Shown here one piece after another: positions 47,729 to 62,301 of a stretch of 64,000 nt of DNA (position 1 is its first letter; every line of letters starts with the position of its first letter). The stretch is from contig NW_026782617.1 of NCBI RefSeq assembly GCF_031769215.1, positions 124,001-188,000 on the forward strand, given 5' to 3'. The stretch comes from Ylistrum balloti. Lineage: Eukaryota. The notes under the pieces are model-generated. The model was not told the origin of the DNA. It worked only from the letters and a program-made list of their open reading frames with translations, and ran no database searches. The position numbers and the translations under genes were made by a program.

Positions 47729-48789
47729 ATCTCATTCAGGTTGGCTTTAATTTGGACATGCCCTTTAACCTACACGAGTGCCTTGTACCTATTTTAGTCC
47801 AATTTTCTACAAAACACTGAAAATTTTAAGTACACTCGCTTTCTACCTGTGAAATGGTGTCACCATATGCTTTCACATCATGTGATATTGCACTTTGCTG
47901 TAAACATGTTTACTACACCAATTCATTTTTCTTGTTAAGTTGAGTATTCAGATTGGTCAAATGTTTCTTGGTGTCAGCATTCACAGGTTCATTATCATGG
48001 GGGGCATCTCTGAAACATTTGGGAAATTGAAACTTCCTTTTTTATCTCAAAATGAATTCTTTGTAAACTTGCATTGCCAGCTTAAAGTATGTTTTAATGT
48101 TATCTCTGCATAATTATGAAGTTAAACTTTCTGAATCACAGAAATTTTCTAAGCGATGCATAGATTGGAGCAATTATACTGCTTGATGTTTAGAAAAGTA
48201 TTAGATTAATACATATAGCTTTGAAACATCATTTCCAGCATTCTGAAATAGAACTACACATATGTGTACAGAAATCAGTTTTATATCTGTAATTATTGTA
48301 TAAAAACATGTATAAGCCACCAATAACATTTCCCGGACTTTCGGAATGACATCGCTAAACATTACCGAGAATTGTATCATTTCTTGATTTAAAATGGACA
48401 ACTTGTAGTCATGAAGTATCGTTCATCTGAAGGAAATGTAAACAAGGATGCAAGTATCAAAGTCAAAGCTTTGCAGTTTTAACTGTTTCATTCACTAAGA
48501 TAATATTTTGTTTTATTCTTTTCTGTATATGGGAGGTTATAGCACTGCAGTTTGGTGTAGAACTCTGAATCAAAACTGTGTGAGGAAAGGTGCATCCTAT
48601 ATACTTAATTCCAGTCGTTAATTATCATACAGATTTAACAAAGAGTAACTTTTGTCCAATGGTTTACGTTCAATTTGGATTAAACAGTTCTGTTCTTAGG
48701 CTGTTGGGTACATACATCCTTTAGTAAAAAAACCAAATTCTGAACTAAATCGTTGTTCAGTCTTACCTAGAAAATCAAACAAATGATTA

Positions 48790-48824
<35 letters not shown>

Positions 48825-50164
48825 AAGTAATCAGTAACTAGTATCAGAATAGAACTTGGAAAAATAAAACTTGTTTGCAGTGAAACGTCATCTCATACAC
48901 TGACGTGTATAAACCTGATAATATTTGTAACTACAACCACAGATGTAGGATGGATTCATTCATATTCATATCAATTTTCATCCTTGTCAAACTTTTAATG
49001 AAAATTCAACAATATCTGTTGATGTTATTCTTCATGCCGTCTTAATATGAAAGGGAGATGATTTGAATATACATCATAAGTGAATACGGTACGTATATGT
49101 TACTTGGAATAGCTATCAATTTGTCAGTTGATGCCTCTGAATATTTTATAAATATCTGTTTCAATCTTCAATTTTACATACAAAATGGTGCATATTAAAT
49201 CTATTGTTTCTATATGGTGTCTTAGTTTAGTTTGATGACTCAACAGATGCCATGTTGAAAGCCGCCTTCGATTTTGTCTGGTGCCACAAATTCAATGTCC
49301 ATTCAGTACACCAATGGTCTTTATACATAGATTTTAAGAGGTTTAGTTTTAAAATTTCAAGTGAAACTTTTAATGATAAGCATATCGTTAAATCAATTTG
49401 AGTCTACAAAAACATGAGTAACGATTTTTTCCCGTGAACTTTGTGATTTATAAGTATATACAATTTGTAAACTGTAAAATTTCCTTTGAATTGCCACACA
49501 TTTTTACACTGTTATCTATTTGTATTATTTCTTTCTTTGTTGTTTGAAGAAAAAATAAACCCAAGTAAGAACAGAGCAAACATATGATAATTATAACAGA
49601 AGTGCAGAGGTCGAGAAAATGACTTTGAAATCTAAATTCTATATCCAAAAACAAACTGGTCCCACAGAAAAGGACATATGTTGTCATTATCCTCTGTTAT
49701 AGACGAGACAGTAAGAGTTGTTTCCCTTTAAATAGAAAACGCTTAACACACCAGTGTCCAAGACTTGGTTATGATAGAAACAAGGATGCTACGCCCAATC
49801 AATCAATCATTCAATCAATCAATCGATTGATTCATTTGAATCGATCAAAAGGTATCTGATGTTTTTTTAAGTGTGATGATATACTTCCAGTTCTGATATA
49901 CCTTAGTGTGCCAGTCCCTTGATTTCAGAATCAGATGTGTTGAAATTGTCAGTAAGACTTTAAAATTCATTATACAGTCTGTATACTGGACTATAATTGG
50001 AAGGGATTTCGGATCACAATGCTGTAAATTTCAGAAACCTATTGCTTGGAATGTGATATGAGAAAAACAAATGATAAGCAATTCAAACATAGACTTGGTT
50101 CTAATCACACGCTATACTCAGTAAAAATTTGCTGCCTTTGTTGGGAAAGTCTGAAACTTTACAG

Positions 50165-50227
50165 GTACTGATGTCTAGAAATAGTCTTGATAATTCTGTC
50201 TTTTGTAATGCAAAGTTATCTGCTCTG
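50165..50227 (+). CDS. Tentative exon (phase 0-0) continuing the 45.7 kb exon
   Basis: aactttacag|...|gtgagt; VLMSRNSLDNSVFCNAKLSAL; phase-compatible, no homology recognised. Confidence 0.35.
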
Positions 50228-50934
50228 GTGAGTAAGAAAACAATGTAATTTTTTCAAACAAATTTATGATGTAACAAACAAAAATAAAATCTTGTTAAGA
50301 ATAGAATTTTCAACGAAGGCTATGTCATAGTCAATAGAATACATTTTGTTTTGCATGAAATTTTATACCAGTGAACTTGCCCAACTCAGGGCATAAAAAG
50401 CCCCATGGAAATTATCTCTTAAGCACTTGTTTTCTATAGGTTTATAGCTGCATAATCCTCATCAAGTGAAATATTTTACAAAACAAAAGCTGTTGGTATA
50501 TAAAGTATTTGAAAACAGAAATGTATACTGTATATATGTAGGAAATCTTTAACTACATGAATTAAAATAAAAACTTCACAATGTTAGTCATAGGTTTTAC
50601 CATCGTTTCAATACTTAAGGTACTTACACTAAAGGAAGGGAGATAACTCATGCCAAATATAAGAGGATCATTCATGTAGTAGTAGCATCCAACTTTATAT
50701 GGAGTTGAAATATCTGACATCTAGATTTATTAACATGAAGTTATATTCTATCCTGGTCTTCAAATACTTTCATATTTGACCACAATAACAAGGCTAGATT
50801 TATGACTGGAAAACTGGAGATATCATGGCTGTAACATACTTCTGGAATTCTGTGTGGGTAAAGATAAAAAAAAAAATCATACTCTACAAGATCTATTTGT
50901 GTATGAAGTGGATGTAGCAGCTATAGTATGCTGG

Positions 50935-51610
50935 AGACAGGTGGTCTATATAGTCAGGTGGTCCCTTTAGAGAGGTGATCTATATAGTCAGGTTTTCATT
51001 TTAGACAGGTGATCTATATAGTCAGGTGGTCCCTTTAGACAGGTGGCCTATATAGTCAGGTGGTCTTCAAAGGATAGGGTTTCTGTAGACAATAGACAGT
51101 TGGCCCTTTAGACAGGTGGTCCTCATAGGATAGGGTTTCTGTAGACAGTAGACAATTGTCCCTTTATACAGGTGGTTTACGTAGACAATTGGCCCTTTAG
51201 ACAGGTGGTCCATATAGTCAGATGATCTTCATAGGATAGTGTTTCTGTAGACTGGCCCTTTAGACAGGTAGTCTGTTTAGACAGGTGGTCTATATAGTCA
51301 GATGATCTTCATAGGATAGCGTTTCTGTAGACTGGCCCTTTAGACAGGTAGTCTGTTTAGACAGGTGGTCTAGATAGTCAGATGGTCTTCATAGGAAAGC
51401 GTTTTGTAGACAATAGACAATTGGCCCTTTAGACAGGTGGTCTATTTAGACAGGTGGTCTATATAATCAGATTAGCCTTTTTGGTCAGGTAATCCTCTCA
51501 GAAGATGGTTTTTGTACATATCTGGTCCTATAGGAAGGTATTCGTTATCACAGATATGCATTTAAAAGTTGGTGGTCTTAATAAACAAGTTGTCTTTATA
51601 GACAAGTTTT
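50935..51610. repeat. Degenerate AGACAGGTGGTC-based tandem array, probably inside a pogo/Tc1-like MITE
   Basis: Repeated (T)AGACAGGTGGTCTATATAGTC and GGCCCTTTAGACAGG; related termini-like sequence at 51575-51610 and 51748-51890. Confidence 0.65.
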
Positions 51611-52793
51611 TTCATTGATTTCTTTGCACCTTGATTGAAGATCTTGATATACAAAAAAAGCCTGATCTTGATACAAAAGATGAGATGTTTTTTATAAAGA
51701 AAAAGAAACTTCATGAAGCATGTGAATCGGTGCAGTTATATATTTTATAGTAAAACCTTTCTATAAAGATCACTCAAGGGAGCTGTAAAAAGTGGCCTTT
51801 ATTCAGTTGTAGATAATTTTACTATGTTGGAAACTGTAACCAGTGACTTTTATCGCCAGATAACTGTTATATAGGGGTGACCTTGAAGGCTGTATTTGTC
51901 TTCAATCCTGATAGCCATTTGTTGACTGCTCCATGAGGTTGGCTATAAGATAGGAACAACAAGTTTCAAATTCATATATCAGATTATAAGAAACATCAAA
52001 TTTTTAAGTTTTTTTGGGAGCTTATAGCAAGCAAAAATTTTTTAAAAATTTATAAGAAAACAGATTCTTTTCACGCATATAACTCCGAAAAGTAACAGCA
52101 GGATACATTTTAAAGGTGATCACTGCCGAAGAAAATGTTATTTATTCAATAGAGTTTAACAGTGCAAATTTCAAGTTTGTCTGTATCCCTAACTAATTAC
52201 TATATTCTACTGAGGTTCAGAAAATGGCTGGATATATAACTTATGAAGGAAATCATAATCTAATCGAACTTGTCAGACTGATTTGATAACAGGTATATAG
52301 GCAGCTATATTAAGCCTTCAAATCCTGAATGCTTTGTGCATAGCACATGTACATTGCCCAAACAAAACATGTGCCGAAGAAAACTTTTGATATATATATA
52401 ACATCTTGTAGTGATATTTACAAAAAATATTACATTGGCGAGTTCACAGGATAACGGATAAACTTTGTGTTAATAAAAACCAGATTGATTCCATCAGATC
52501 AATTCTCCTTTCAATCATGAATATACTTGAAACCTAGTAGAATCAGTATATTTTTAGATTAGACGATGCATTAAAGTATATAGGTGTTATTTGATTGCAT
52601 TTATAAGGAATTAATGTCTGTGTACAGCTAAATGTTGGATGTGACAGGATGTTCAAGATAATCAGGAGGTCACATTTAAATCTTTTCTTAAAACATTTGC
52701 CGTATTTTCTCTTTTGGTAGATTCTAATAGAGTTTTAATGTTCAATTAATCTGGAAAAAAAATGTCAAAAATCTGCTGCTAACTACATATTTC

Positions 52794-53013
52794 TGACACA
52801 AAATGTGTACGTCCACATTTTTTGTACAAATGTATTCATTATTATAGTAGTAGATTTATTTGACACAAAATGTGTACGTACATATTTTGTGTACAAATAT
52901 ATTCATTACTATAGTAGTAGATTTATTTGACACAAAAAGTGTTCGTACATATTTTGTTGAAGTAAACCTGCTACTAGTTACACTGTTTCGTCAGTCCATT
53001 TTCGGCCATTGTA
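52794..53013. mobile_element. Second copy of the 3105-3309 MITE: left arm lost, 67-bp core tandemly duplicated
   Basis: TGACACAAAA at 52794, 52861, 52928; right TIR GTTACACTGTTTCGTCAGTCCATTTTCGGCCATTGTA ends 53013. Confidence 0.85.
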
Positions 53014-53639
53014 CATAATCCCCAAATCATCAAATATATCCTGTATCATTGTACAGCATCTTGCAGTGGCCTCCCTTTTTGCCATACTGTCTGAAATTGA
53101 TACAAAAAAAAAAAATCACTGACATTGTCTCCCAGTTTGAATCTGCCATGAAACAGCTGTGCCAGGGGTATATCATTGCTACCAGCATGGACATTGATCT
53201 ATCTTATTAGTCTATATGGGCCATGTGATTACCATAATTAACTAAATGTGTTTACCAAATCGTCCTGTATATGCCTACGGCAGGAAACAGAGCAGGGGGA
53301 AAAGCTAGTTATTGCTTTTTTATTGAAATGGGGAGGGCTAAATGTTGTGTAATGGATTGTATGTAAACAAAATCAAATGTCAACTATCAGAGATTCTATC
53401 AATTATCCTCATTCAAATTCGTTATAGATTTGCCAGTCATTTTGTAACGATGTTGTTATACCTTTTATGTGAAGAAGGTAAGAATACAAATGATACACAT
53501 TATGGAATAATAGAGCTGTTTTATCAGCTGATTAACTGACCTTAGAGAAATGTATAGACTTTAAGTCTGGCTGATTGTTTGTTATTACCTTCCACTTCCC
53601 AGCAGTAAAAGGTAGAGGTGGGTGGGTGGGGGATTTTCT

Positions 53640-53860
53640 GGAGTGAATCTGTCTGAGTGTATGTCTGTCTGTCTGTCTGTGTCTGTCTCTCTGTCTTGTC
53701 TCGTCTGTCCATACGCCCACGCTCCCGCCAGTCTGTCAGCCAAAAAATGGTTTCAGACTGTGAAACTTCACAGTAATGTTTGCCACCATGTGTAGATGTG
53801 CATGCAGGATTTTTTTTACCAGAAATTTGAGTTGCCATAGTAACCAGGTCACAATACACA
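53640..53860 (+). mobile_element. (GTCT)n microsatellite followed by interspersed-repeat body (HINE-like)
   Basis: GTCTGTCTGTCT run then GAAACTTCACAGTAATG...GTTGCCATAGTAAC motifs (repeated at 54055). Confidence 0.45.
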
Positions 53861-54689
53861 GGTTTTGATATTATGTACCATAACTCTTAGGCCTTTCATT
53901 GATTCTATTGAAGAAATGCCGTGGCTAACTAAAACAGAAATTTGAAATTAAAATAAGGATATTATTTGATTAAGTTGAAAATGAACATAAAAAGATTTAG
54001 GAGGATGATGAATACATTGGTATCATTATAACAAAAAAAAATTGCTGAACTTTGGGTTGCCATGGTAACCAAATGAAGGCCTGTTTGATGAATCTTGTTC
54101 ATACAAACCCTTATTTTTACCAAATTTTGTTTTAGAATGTTGATATTAGCCTTTGAAGGTCACGGTTACCTGGTAGATGATATTTAACAACAGAATTAGT
54201 TAATGTATCTTTATGTGTCCAAAATGACTTGATGTTGAGGTTTTATATACTAACAATTTAAGATCTGTATATAAATAAACTGTTCAAATCTCTTCTAAAT
54301 AAATCTGGCTTTTTTTCGAAATGGTTCTATAACTACACTGAGTACGGAGTCAAATTGTGATTTTTTTTTTTTATGACACAAAAAAATGTTAATAGTCCAG
54401 AAGTGGTATCAGGGATAGTTGACTTTAGATAATGGAGGAAGTGGGCTATCACAAGGATAATAAAAATTAGATCTCCCATCTGTCACACTGGGTACAGTGA
54501 CCCCTGCAATCCATTTAATGACCTCGTTTTATCTATAGTCTACTTTCGCTTTCTCCTACATAATGAATCAGGCAAATTAAAGTTGACATGTATAGTTATG
54601 GGTATTTTGTGGGCACTTAAGAATAGTAATGGCTAGCATTAACTACACCCTATAATAAAAAAACCTGAAACAGGACAATAAGGATATGC

Positions 54690-54900
54690 GTAAAGGAAAC
54701 CCAGTCTGACGTCTTCCGTAACGTGGTATAAAAACTACAACTATGCCACTCTATACACTGTTTTACGGAACAATACATAAAAACGCGAATGTCAGAGGAT
54801 TTTTTTCCAAAGTGTGTGCGTGCCCCTAGGAATTTATTGGATAATGAGAGGGTAATACGGTAGAGGTGGGGTGTTTTGTTTCCCCGACAGAATTTCATTT
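54690..54900. promoter_or_regulatory. Promoter-like CpG-containing patch
   Basis: TGACGTC (54707-54713) overlapping CTTCCG (ETS-like), TATAAAA (54727), ACTACAACT (ZNF143-like); could instead be a transposon end. Confidence 0.3.
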
Positions 54901-55230
54901 TATTTTCTGTGCATGGTGTATGCTAATACACCCAGCCATGTCACTACCGTTCAGCTAACATAATAAATTGTCTTATTCGCTGAAAGAATTTATTTTTTTT
55001 TTTATATTTATAAATATTGTAAAGAAATCAATAAGTTATATGTGGTATTAACAACAGTGTGTACAGCTTTACGTAGGATGGAGATTTATGTGGCAGGTTG
55101 ATTGTTAATCTTTGTATACTCTTGTTAATTGCCAGATTTGATGTTTATCGCGGATTATTTACAGTGAAATCTTGACAGTTTGTAAATAAATGTGTTAGAT
55201 CATTATTTATCTCATGTACCCAAAACAGCT

Positions 55231-56405
55231 TTTAGAAATCCCTTTATGTCTGGTACAGGTCTTAGAGCTTAGAAATCCCTTTATGTCTGGTACAGGACTA
55301 AGACTTTAGAAATCCCTTTATGTCTGGTACAGGACTAAGACTTTAGAAATCCCTTTATGTCTGGTACAGGACTAAGACTTTAGAAATCCCTTTATGTCTG
55401 GTACAGGACTAAGACTTTAGAAATCCCTTTATGTCTGGTACAGGACTAAGACTTTAGAAATCCCTTTATGTCTGGTACAGGTCTTAGAGCTTAGAAATCC
55501 CTTTATGTCTGGTACAGGTCTTAGAGCTTAGAAGTCCCTTTATGTCTGGTACAGGTCTTAGAGCTTAGAAATCCCTTTATGTCTGGTACAGGACTAAGAC
55601 TTTAGAAATCCCTTTATGTCTGGTACAGGACTAAGACTTTAGAAATCCCTTTATGTTTGGTACAGGACTAAGACTTTAGAAATCCCTTTATGTCTGGTAC
55701 AGGACTAAGACTTTAGAAATCCCTTTATGTCTGGTACAGGACTAAGACTTTAGAAATCCCTTTATGTCTGGTACAGGTTTCAGAGCTTAGAAATCCCTTT
55801 ATGTCTGGTACAGGACTAAGACTTTAGAAATCCCTTTATGTCTGGTACAGGACTAAGACTTTAGAAATCCCTTTATGTCTGGTACAGGACTAAGACTTTA
55901 GAAATCCCTTTATGTCTGGTACAGGTTTCAGAGCTTAGAAATCCCTTTATGTCTGGTACAGGACTAAGACTTTAGAAATCCTTTTATGTCTGGTACAGGT
56001 ATTAGAGCTTAGAAATTCCTTTATGTCTGGTACAGGTCTTAGAGCTTAGAAATCCCTTTATGTCTGGTACAGGACTAAGACTTTAGAAATCCCTTTATGT
56101 CTGGTACAGGACTAAGACTTTAGAAATCCCTTTATGTCTGGTACAGGACTAAGACTTTAGAAATCCCTTTATGTCTGGTACAGGACTAAGACTTTAGAAA
56201 TCCCTTTATGTCTGGTACAGGACTAAGACTTTAGAAATCCCTTTATGTCTGGTACAGGTCTTAGAGCTTAGAAATCCCTTTATGTCTGGTACAGGTCTTA
56301 GAGCTTAGAAGTCCCTTTATGTCTGGTACAGGTCTTAGAGCTTAGAAATCCCTTTATGTCTGGTACAGGACTAAGACTTTAGAAATCCCTTTATGTCTGG
56401 TACAG
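55231..56405. repeat. 37-bp minisatellite, ~31 copies, two interspersed variants
   Basis: TTAGAAATCCCTTTATGTCTGGTACAG + GACTAAGACT or GTCTTAGAGC; period 37. Confidence 0.97.
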
Positions 56406-58915
56406 GACTAGCTAATCACTGAAACCATTTATGTTTGGTACAGGACTAGCTAATCACTGAAACCCTTTATGTAATGGTACAGGCTAATCACTGAACCATA
56501 TAAAGTTTGATGTAATGTACAGCTAATCACTGAACCATATAAAGTTTGATGTAATGGTACAGCTAATCAGAGCTTAGAAATCCATTTATGTTTGATGTAA
56601 GGACTAGCTAATCACTGAACCATATAAAGTTTATGTAATGGTACTAGCTAATCACTGAACCATATAAATGTTAATATAAAACTACAGCAAAACACTCACA
56701 CATATTAATGTGGAGGTAATGGTCTAGCTAATCACTGAACCATATAAAGTTTGATGTAATGGTACTAGCTAATCACTGAACCATATAAAGTTTGATGTAA
56801 TGTCTGCTAATCACTGAACCATATAAAGTTTGATGTAATGGTCTAGCTAATCACTGAACCATATAAAGTTTGATGTAATGATCTAGCTAATCACTGAACC
56901 ATATTAAGTTTGATATAATTGTCCAGCTAATCACTGAACCATATAAAGTTTGATGTAATGGTCTAGCTAATCACTGAACCATATAAAGTTTGATGTAATG
57001 ATCTAGCTAATCACTGAACCATATTAAGTTTGATGTAATGGACTAGCTAATCACTGAACCATATTAAGTTTGATATAATGGACTAGCTAATCACTGAACC
57101 ATATAAAGTTTGATGTAATGATCTAGCTAATCACTGAACCATATAAAGTTTGATGTAATGGTCTAGCTAATCAGAACCTAAGTTTGATGTAACTTCTAGC
57201 TAAATCTGAACCATATAAAGTTTGGTAAGGACTAGACTTTAGAAATCCCTTTATGTCTAGCTATCACTGAACCATATAAAGTTTGATGTAATGATCTAGC
57301 TAATAGAAATCCCTTTATGTCTGGTACAGGACTAAGACTAATCAGAAATCCCTTTATGTCTGATATAAGGTCTTGATGAAACCATATTATGTCTGATGTA
57401 AGGACTAGCTAATCACTGAACCATATAAAGTTTGATGTAATGTAAATAGCTAATCCTAGAACCTAAGACTAATGGTCTAGCTAATCACTGAACCATATAA
57501 ATTTGATGTATGTCTAGCTAATCACTGAACCATATAAGTTTGATTAAATCCCTTTATGAACCATATACAAGTTTGATGTAATGATAGCTAATCACTGAAC
57601 CATTTAATGTGTAATGGTACTAGCTAATCACTGAACCATATAAAGTTTGATGTAATGGTCTAGCTAATCACTGAACCATATAAAGTTTGATGAAATCCCT
57701 AGCTAATCTGAACCATATAAAGTTTGATGTAATGACTAGCTAATCACTGAATCCCTTTTGATGTAATGATCTAGTATCAGGATAAAGTTTAGAAATCCTA
57801 GCTAATCACTGAACCATATAAAGTTTGATGTAATGATCTAGCTAATCACTGAACCATATAAAGTTTGATGTAATGGTCTAGCTAATCACTGAACCATATA
57901 AAGTTTGATGTAAGGAGCTAATCACTGAACCATATAAAGTTTGATGTAATGGTCTAGCATCACTGAACCATATAAAGTTTGATGTAATCCCTAGCTAATG
58001 TCTGAACCATATAAAGTTTGATGTAAGGACTAGCTAATCACTGAACCCTTAAGTTTGATGTAATGATCAAGCTAATCACTGAACCATATAAAGTTTGATG
58101 TAATGGTCTAGCTAATCACTGAACCATATAAAGTTTGATATAATGATCTAGCTAATCACTGAACCATATAAAGTTTGATGTAATGAATCTAGCTAAGGAC
58201 TGAACCATATAAAGTTTGATGTAATTCTAGAAATCCCATATAAAGTTTGATGTAACTAGCTAATCACTGAACCATATAAAGTTTGATGTAATGTCTAGCT
58301 AATCACTGAACCATATAAAGTTTGATGTAAATCTAGCTAATCACTGAACCATATAAAGTTTGTAAGACTTACAAATTAATGTAATGAGTAATGGACTAGC
58401 TAATCCAACAATCATATTCTGACTAGCTAATAAGAACATATAAAGTTTGATGTAATGAAAAATCTAGCTAATCACTGCCATTTGATTTTCATTTAATATC
58501 ATCGAGCTGAAACTGTCAGCCATGTAAAGTTTGTACAGTTAAATAAAACCACTGAGCCAATTAAAGTTTGATTTATTGTCTAGCTAATCACTGAACCATA
58601 TAAAGTTTGATGTAATGATCTAGCTAATCACTGAACCATATAAAGTTTGATATAATGGTCTAGCTAATCACTGAACCATAGTAAGTTTGATGTAATGATC
58701 TAGCTAATCACTGAACCATATAAAGTTTGATGTAATGGTCTAGCTAATCACTGAACCATATAAAGTTTGATGTAATGATCTAGCTAATCACTGAACCATA
58801 TAAAGTTTGATGTAATGATCTAGCTAATCACTGAACCATATAAAGTTTGATGTAATGATCTAGCTAATCACTGAACCATATAAAGTTTGATGTAATGATC
58901 TAGCTAATCACTGAG
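56406..58915. repeat. 40-bp minisatellite (~2.5 kb) with a chimeric, degraded central zone
   Basis: AGCTAATCACTGAACCATATAAAGTTTGATGTAATGATCT, clean at 56.8-57.2 kb and 58.6-58.9 kb; fragments of the 37-mer embedded between. Confidence 0.95.
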
Positions 58916-58989
58916 GCATTTTAAGTTTTAAGATGGAAAAAATTTTGTCTAGATTTTGTCTAGTCACTAATAATCTTATATGGAAGCAT

Positions 58990-60502
58990 ATGGTGTCTGT
59001 AATCCCTACATGGAGATCAATTCAGTGATGTCCCGTCTTCCCTACATGGAGATCAGTTCAGTGATGACCCATCTTCCCTACATGGAGATCAGTTCAGTGA
59101 AGAGCCATCTTCCCTACATGGAGATCAGTTCAGTGATGACCCATGTTTCCCTACATGGAGATCAGTTCAGTGATGACCCATCTTCCCCTACATCGAGATA
59201 AGTTCAGTGATGACCCATCTTCCCTACATGGAGATCAGTTCAGTGATGACCCATCTTCCCCTACATCGAGATAAGTTCAGTGATGACCCATCTTCCCTAC
59301 ATTGAGATCAGTTCAGTGATGACCCATCTTCCCTACATCGAGATCAGTTCAGTGATGACCCATCTTCCCTACATTGAGATCAGTTCAGTGATCACCCATC
59401 TTCCCTACATGAAGATTAGTTCAGTGATCACCCATCTTCCCTACATGAAGATCAGTTCAGTGATCACCCATCTTCCCAACATTGAGATCAGTTCAGTCAT
59501 AGCCCATCTTCCCTACATTGAGATCAGTTCAGTGATGACCCATCTTCCCTACATGGAGATCAGTTCAGTGATCACCCATCTTCCCTACATGGAAATCCGT
59601 TCTGTGATGACCCATCTTCCCTACATGGAGATCAGTTCAGTGATGACCCATCTTCCCTACATGGAGATCAGTTCTGTGATGACCCATCTTCCATACATGG
59701 AGATCAGTTCAGTGATGACCCATCTTCCCTACATTGAGATCAATTCAGTGATGACCCATCTTCCCTACATGGAGATCAGTTCAGTGATGACCCATCTTCC
59801 CTACATCGAGATCAATTCAGTGATGACCCATCTTCCCTACATGGAGATCAATTCAGTGATGACCCATCTTCCCTACATGGAGATCAGTTCTGTGTGACCC
59901 ATCTTCCCTACATGGAGATCAGTTTGGTGATGACCCATCTTCCCTACATGGAGATCAGTTCAGTGATGACCCATCTTCCCTACATTGAGATCAATTCAGT
60001 GATGACCCATCTTCCCTACATGGAGATCAGACCAGTGATGACCCATCTTCCCTACATTGAGATCAGTTCAGTGATGACCCATCTTCCCTACATGGAGATC
60101 AGTTCAGTGATGACCCATCTTCCCTACATGGAGATCAGTTCAGTGATGACCCATCTTCCCTACATGGAGATCAGTTCAGTGATGACCCATCTTCCCTACA
60201 TTGAGATCAATTCAGTGATGACCCACCTTCCCTACATGGAGATCAGTTCAGTGATGACCCATCTTCCCTACGTGGAGATCAGTTCTGTGTGACCCATCTT
60301 CCCTACATGGAGATCAGTTCTGTGTGACCCATCTTCCCTACATGGAGATCAGTTCTGTGTGACCCATCTTCCCTACATGGAGATCAGTTCAGTGATGACC
60401 CATCTTCCCTACATGGAGATCAGTTCTGTGATCCATCTTCCCTACATGGAGATCAGTTCAGTGATGACCCATCTTCCCTACATGGAGATCAGTTTGGTGA
60501 TG
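58990..60502. repeat. 36-bp minisatellite, ~42 copies
   Basis: GTGATGACCCATCTTCCCTACATGGAGATCAGTTCA; source of the (VMTHLPYMEISS)n ORFs. Confidence 0.97.
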
Positions 60503-62301
60503 CAGGGATGACAAGCACCAGTACACCATGGCATGTTTTGATGATGTTGTCATGGTTAGAGATGTATAGTTTTTAGTCTTACAGTTTATTTGAGGAAGAT
60601 TTTATCAGTGTTTTGAGATCTTTTGTATGAAAGTTTAATTGAAATTATTTTTTATGATTCAGATCAATAATCAGGTACATTAAATATGTGACTTGTTTGA
60701 AACTTGGTTCAGTCTTTGTGGTCACCTCTATTTCTGTATATAACAGTATACAAGTCCATACATGTTTTAGTCAACTTTCATGTTGAACATTTTCACCATG
60801 TCTAACAGGTAGTGTAGTGGGAGATTCTATTAGACGTCCATTACAGAGTTCATTGACCATAGTAATAATATTGAGCCTAAATATTACCAAGTCTGAAACG
60901 TTTACTTGTGAATGGATAAAATGAGCATGTTAGGTATATAACTATAGATTTTGTGGTTATAACGCTGCAGGCAATCGATGATACCTAGAGTTAACTATTC
61001 TAGTAATTTCATTGACAAGAAAATTGACTGTTGGCTTGAGGAGCTAGAGTGTTATTGAGGAAGATTACAGAGTATTATTGAAAAAGATTATAAGTCATAA
61101 TGATGGTGTCTGGCCGGGAGACTTTGATGTTGCGTGAAGATGCATGGATTTATTTAAGTAGAAATAGCATGCTTTGTATAAGGTAACCTTCCTTAGACTG
61201 GATTTTTACACTCAAGCAATTTACAGATAGTGAACAAGGCAGGATTGACTTGACAGTCCGTCCATTCATCCATCAGTAGCTTGGTTACGGGTTTTGATGA
61301 TTAGTGCCAACATTTGTCAATTCTGATATCTTTAGTTTAAAATACTGTGCTACCAAGACGTCAGGTTTAGGTCTCGGTAATCTATTTTCTGCTTTATTGA
61401 AGTATGGTTGTAGAGTATAGATAAAACTATAGATTATGTTAAATATCCAAGTCATTGACATAGATAAGTTGTCATATTTTGATGTAAAGCTAATACATTG
61501 GATACTGCTTAATATCATGTTATTTTAGGCAGGGGAAAATGTGATAATAAACAGAACTAGATACTAAGAGTTGTCACATTTTTTTTCTGATGTCAAAAAA
61601 CTCCTAATGTTCCACATTAAAATTTTTCTTACAGAATTTGTTTTGAAAACAGAAATTTGTAATATGATTAAATTTTCCATAAGCACATTGATTTTTCTTC
61701 ACTTTTGTTTGTTTATTCTTTGAATTATCTGTGATATTCACAGTTTGCATGTGGTCAAATTCGTACACTACAGTGTCACCAGCTGATATTTTGTCATGCA
61801 ATTCATCCATTACTGTGTAGGCTTGGCCAATACGACTGTGATGAAGGTTTTATAATGTGCCCAGGTGTGATGTATGGCCCTTGAGACATGAATCCACAGT
61901 TCTTGTCCTCACTTCCCTATGATTTACATGTGTTTATTTTGTGAAAGTTGTGCAAATGAAGTGATATTAAGTGTTGCCCACATGGAAATATTGACACATA
62001 CTATCAGATGTTGGAATACATAGGGTAAAAAATTGGTGTTTCAAGAAAACATGATATTAACTGGAAAGTGACATTAACCAGCATGACATTAAGTGGTACT
62101 ACAAATGTTCGTTTTGTAGAAACATTCATTGTTTTCTTGGCTATTGACAAACTACAACAATGAAATGCATCAAATCAGACTTCAGGTAAAAACACTTCTG
62201 TTCACATTTGTGATAATGACATTGTCATAATTTAGTTTTACTCATTAGTCTTAGACTAAAACTAGGAAAGAAAGTATCAACAAACATTTTATATTATACA
62301 G

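Noticed and set aside
58980-60292. ORFs of (VMTHLPYMEISS)n
   Set aside because: 36-bp satellite. Frameshifting 1-2 bp indels recur in the array (e.g. ~59894, 60290) and there are no flanking splice sites, so the frame is not maintained by selection.
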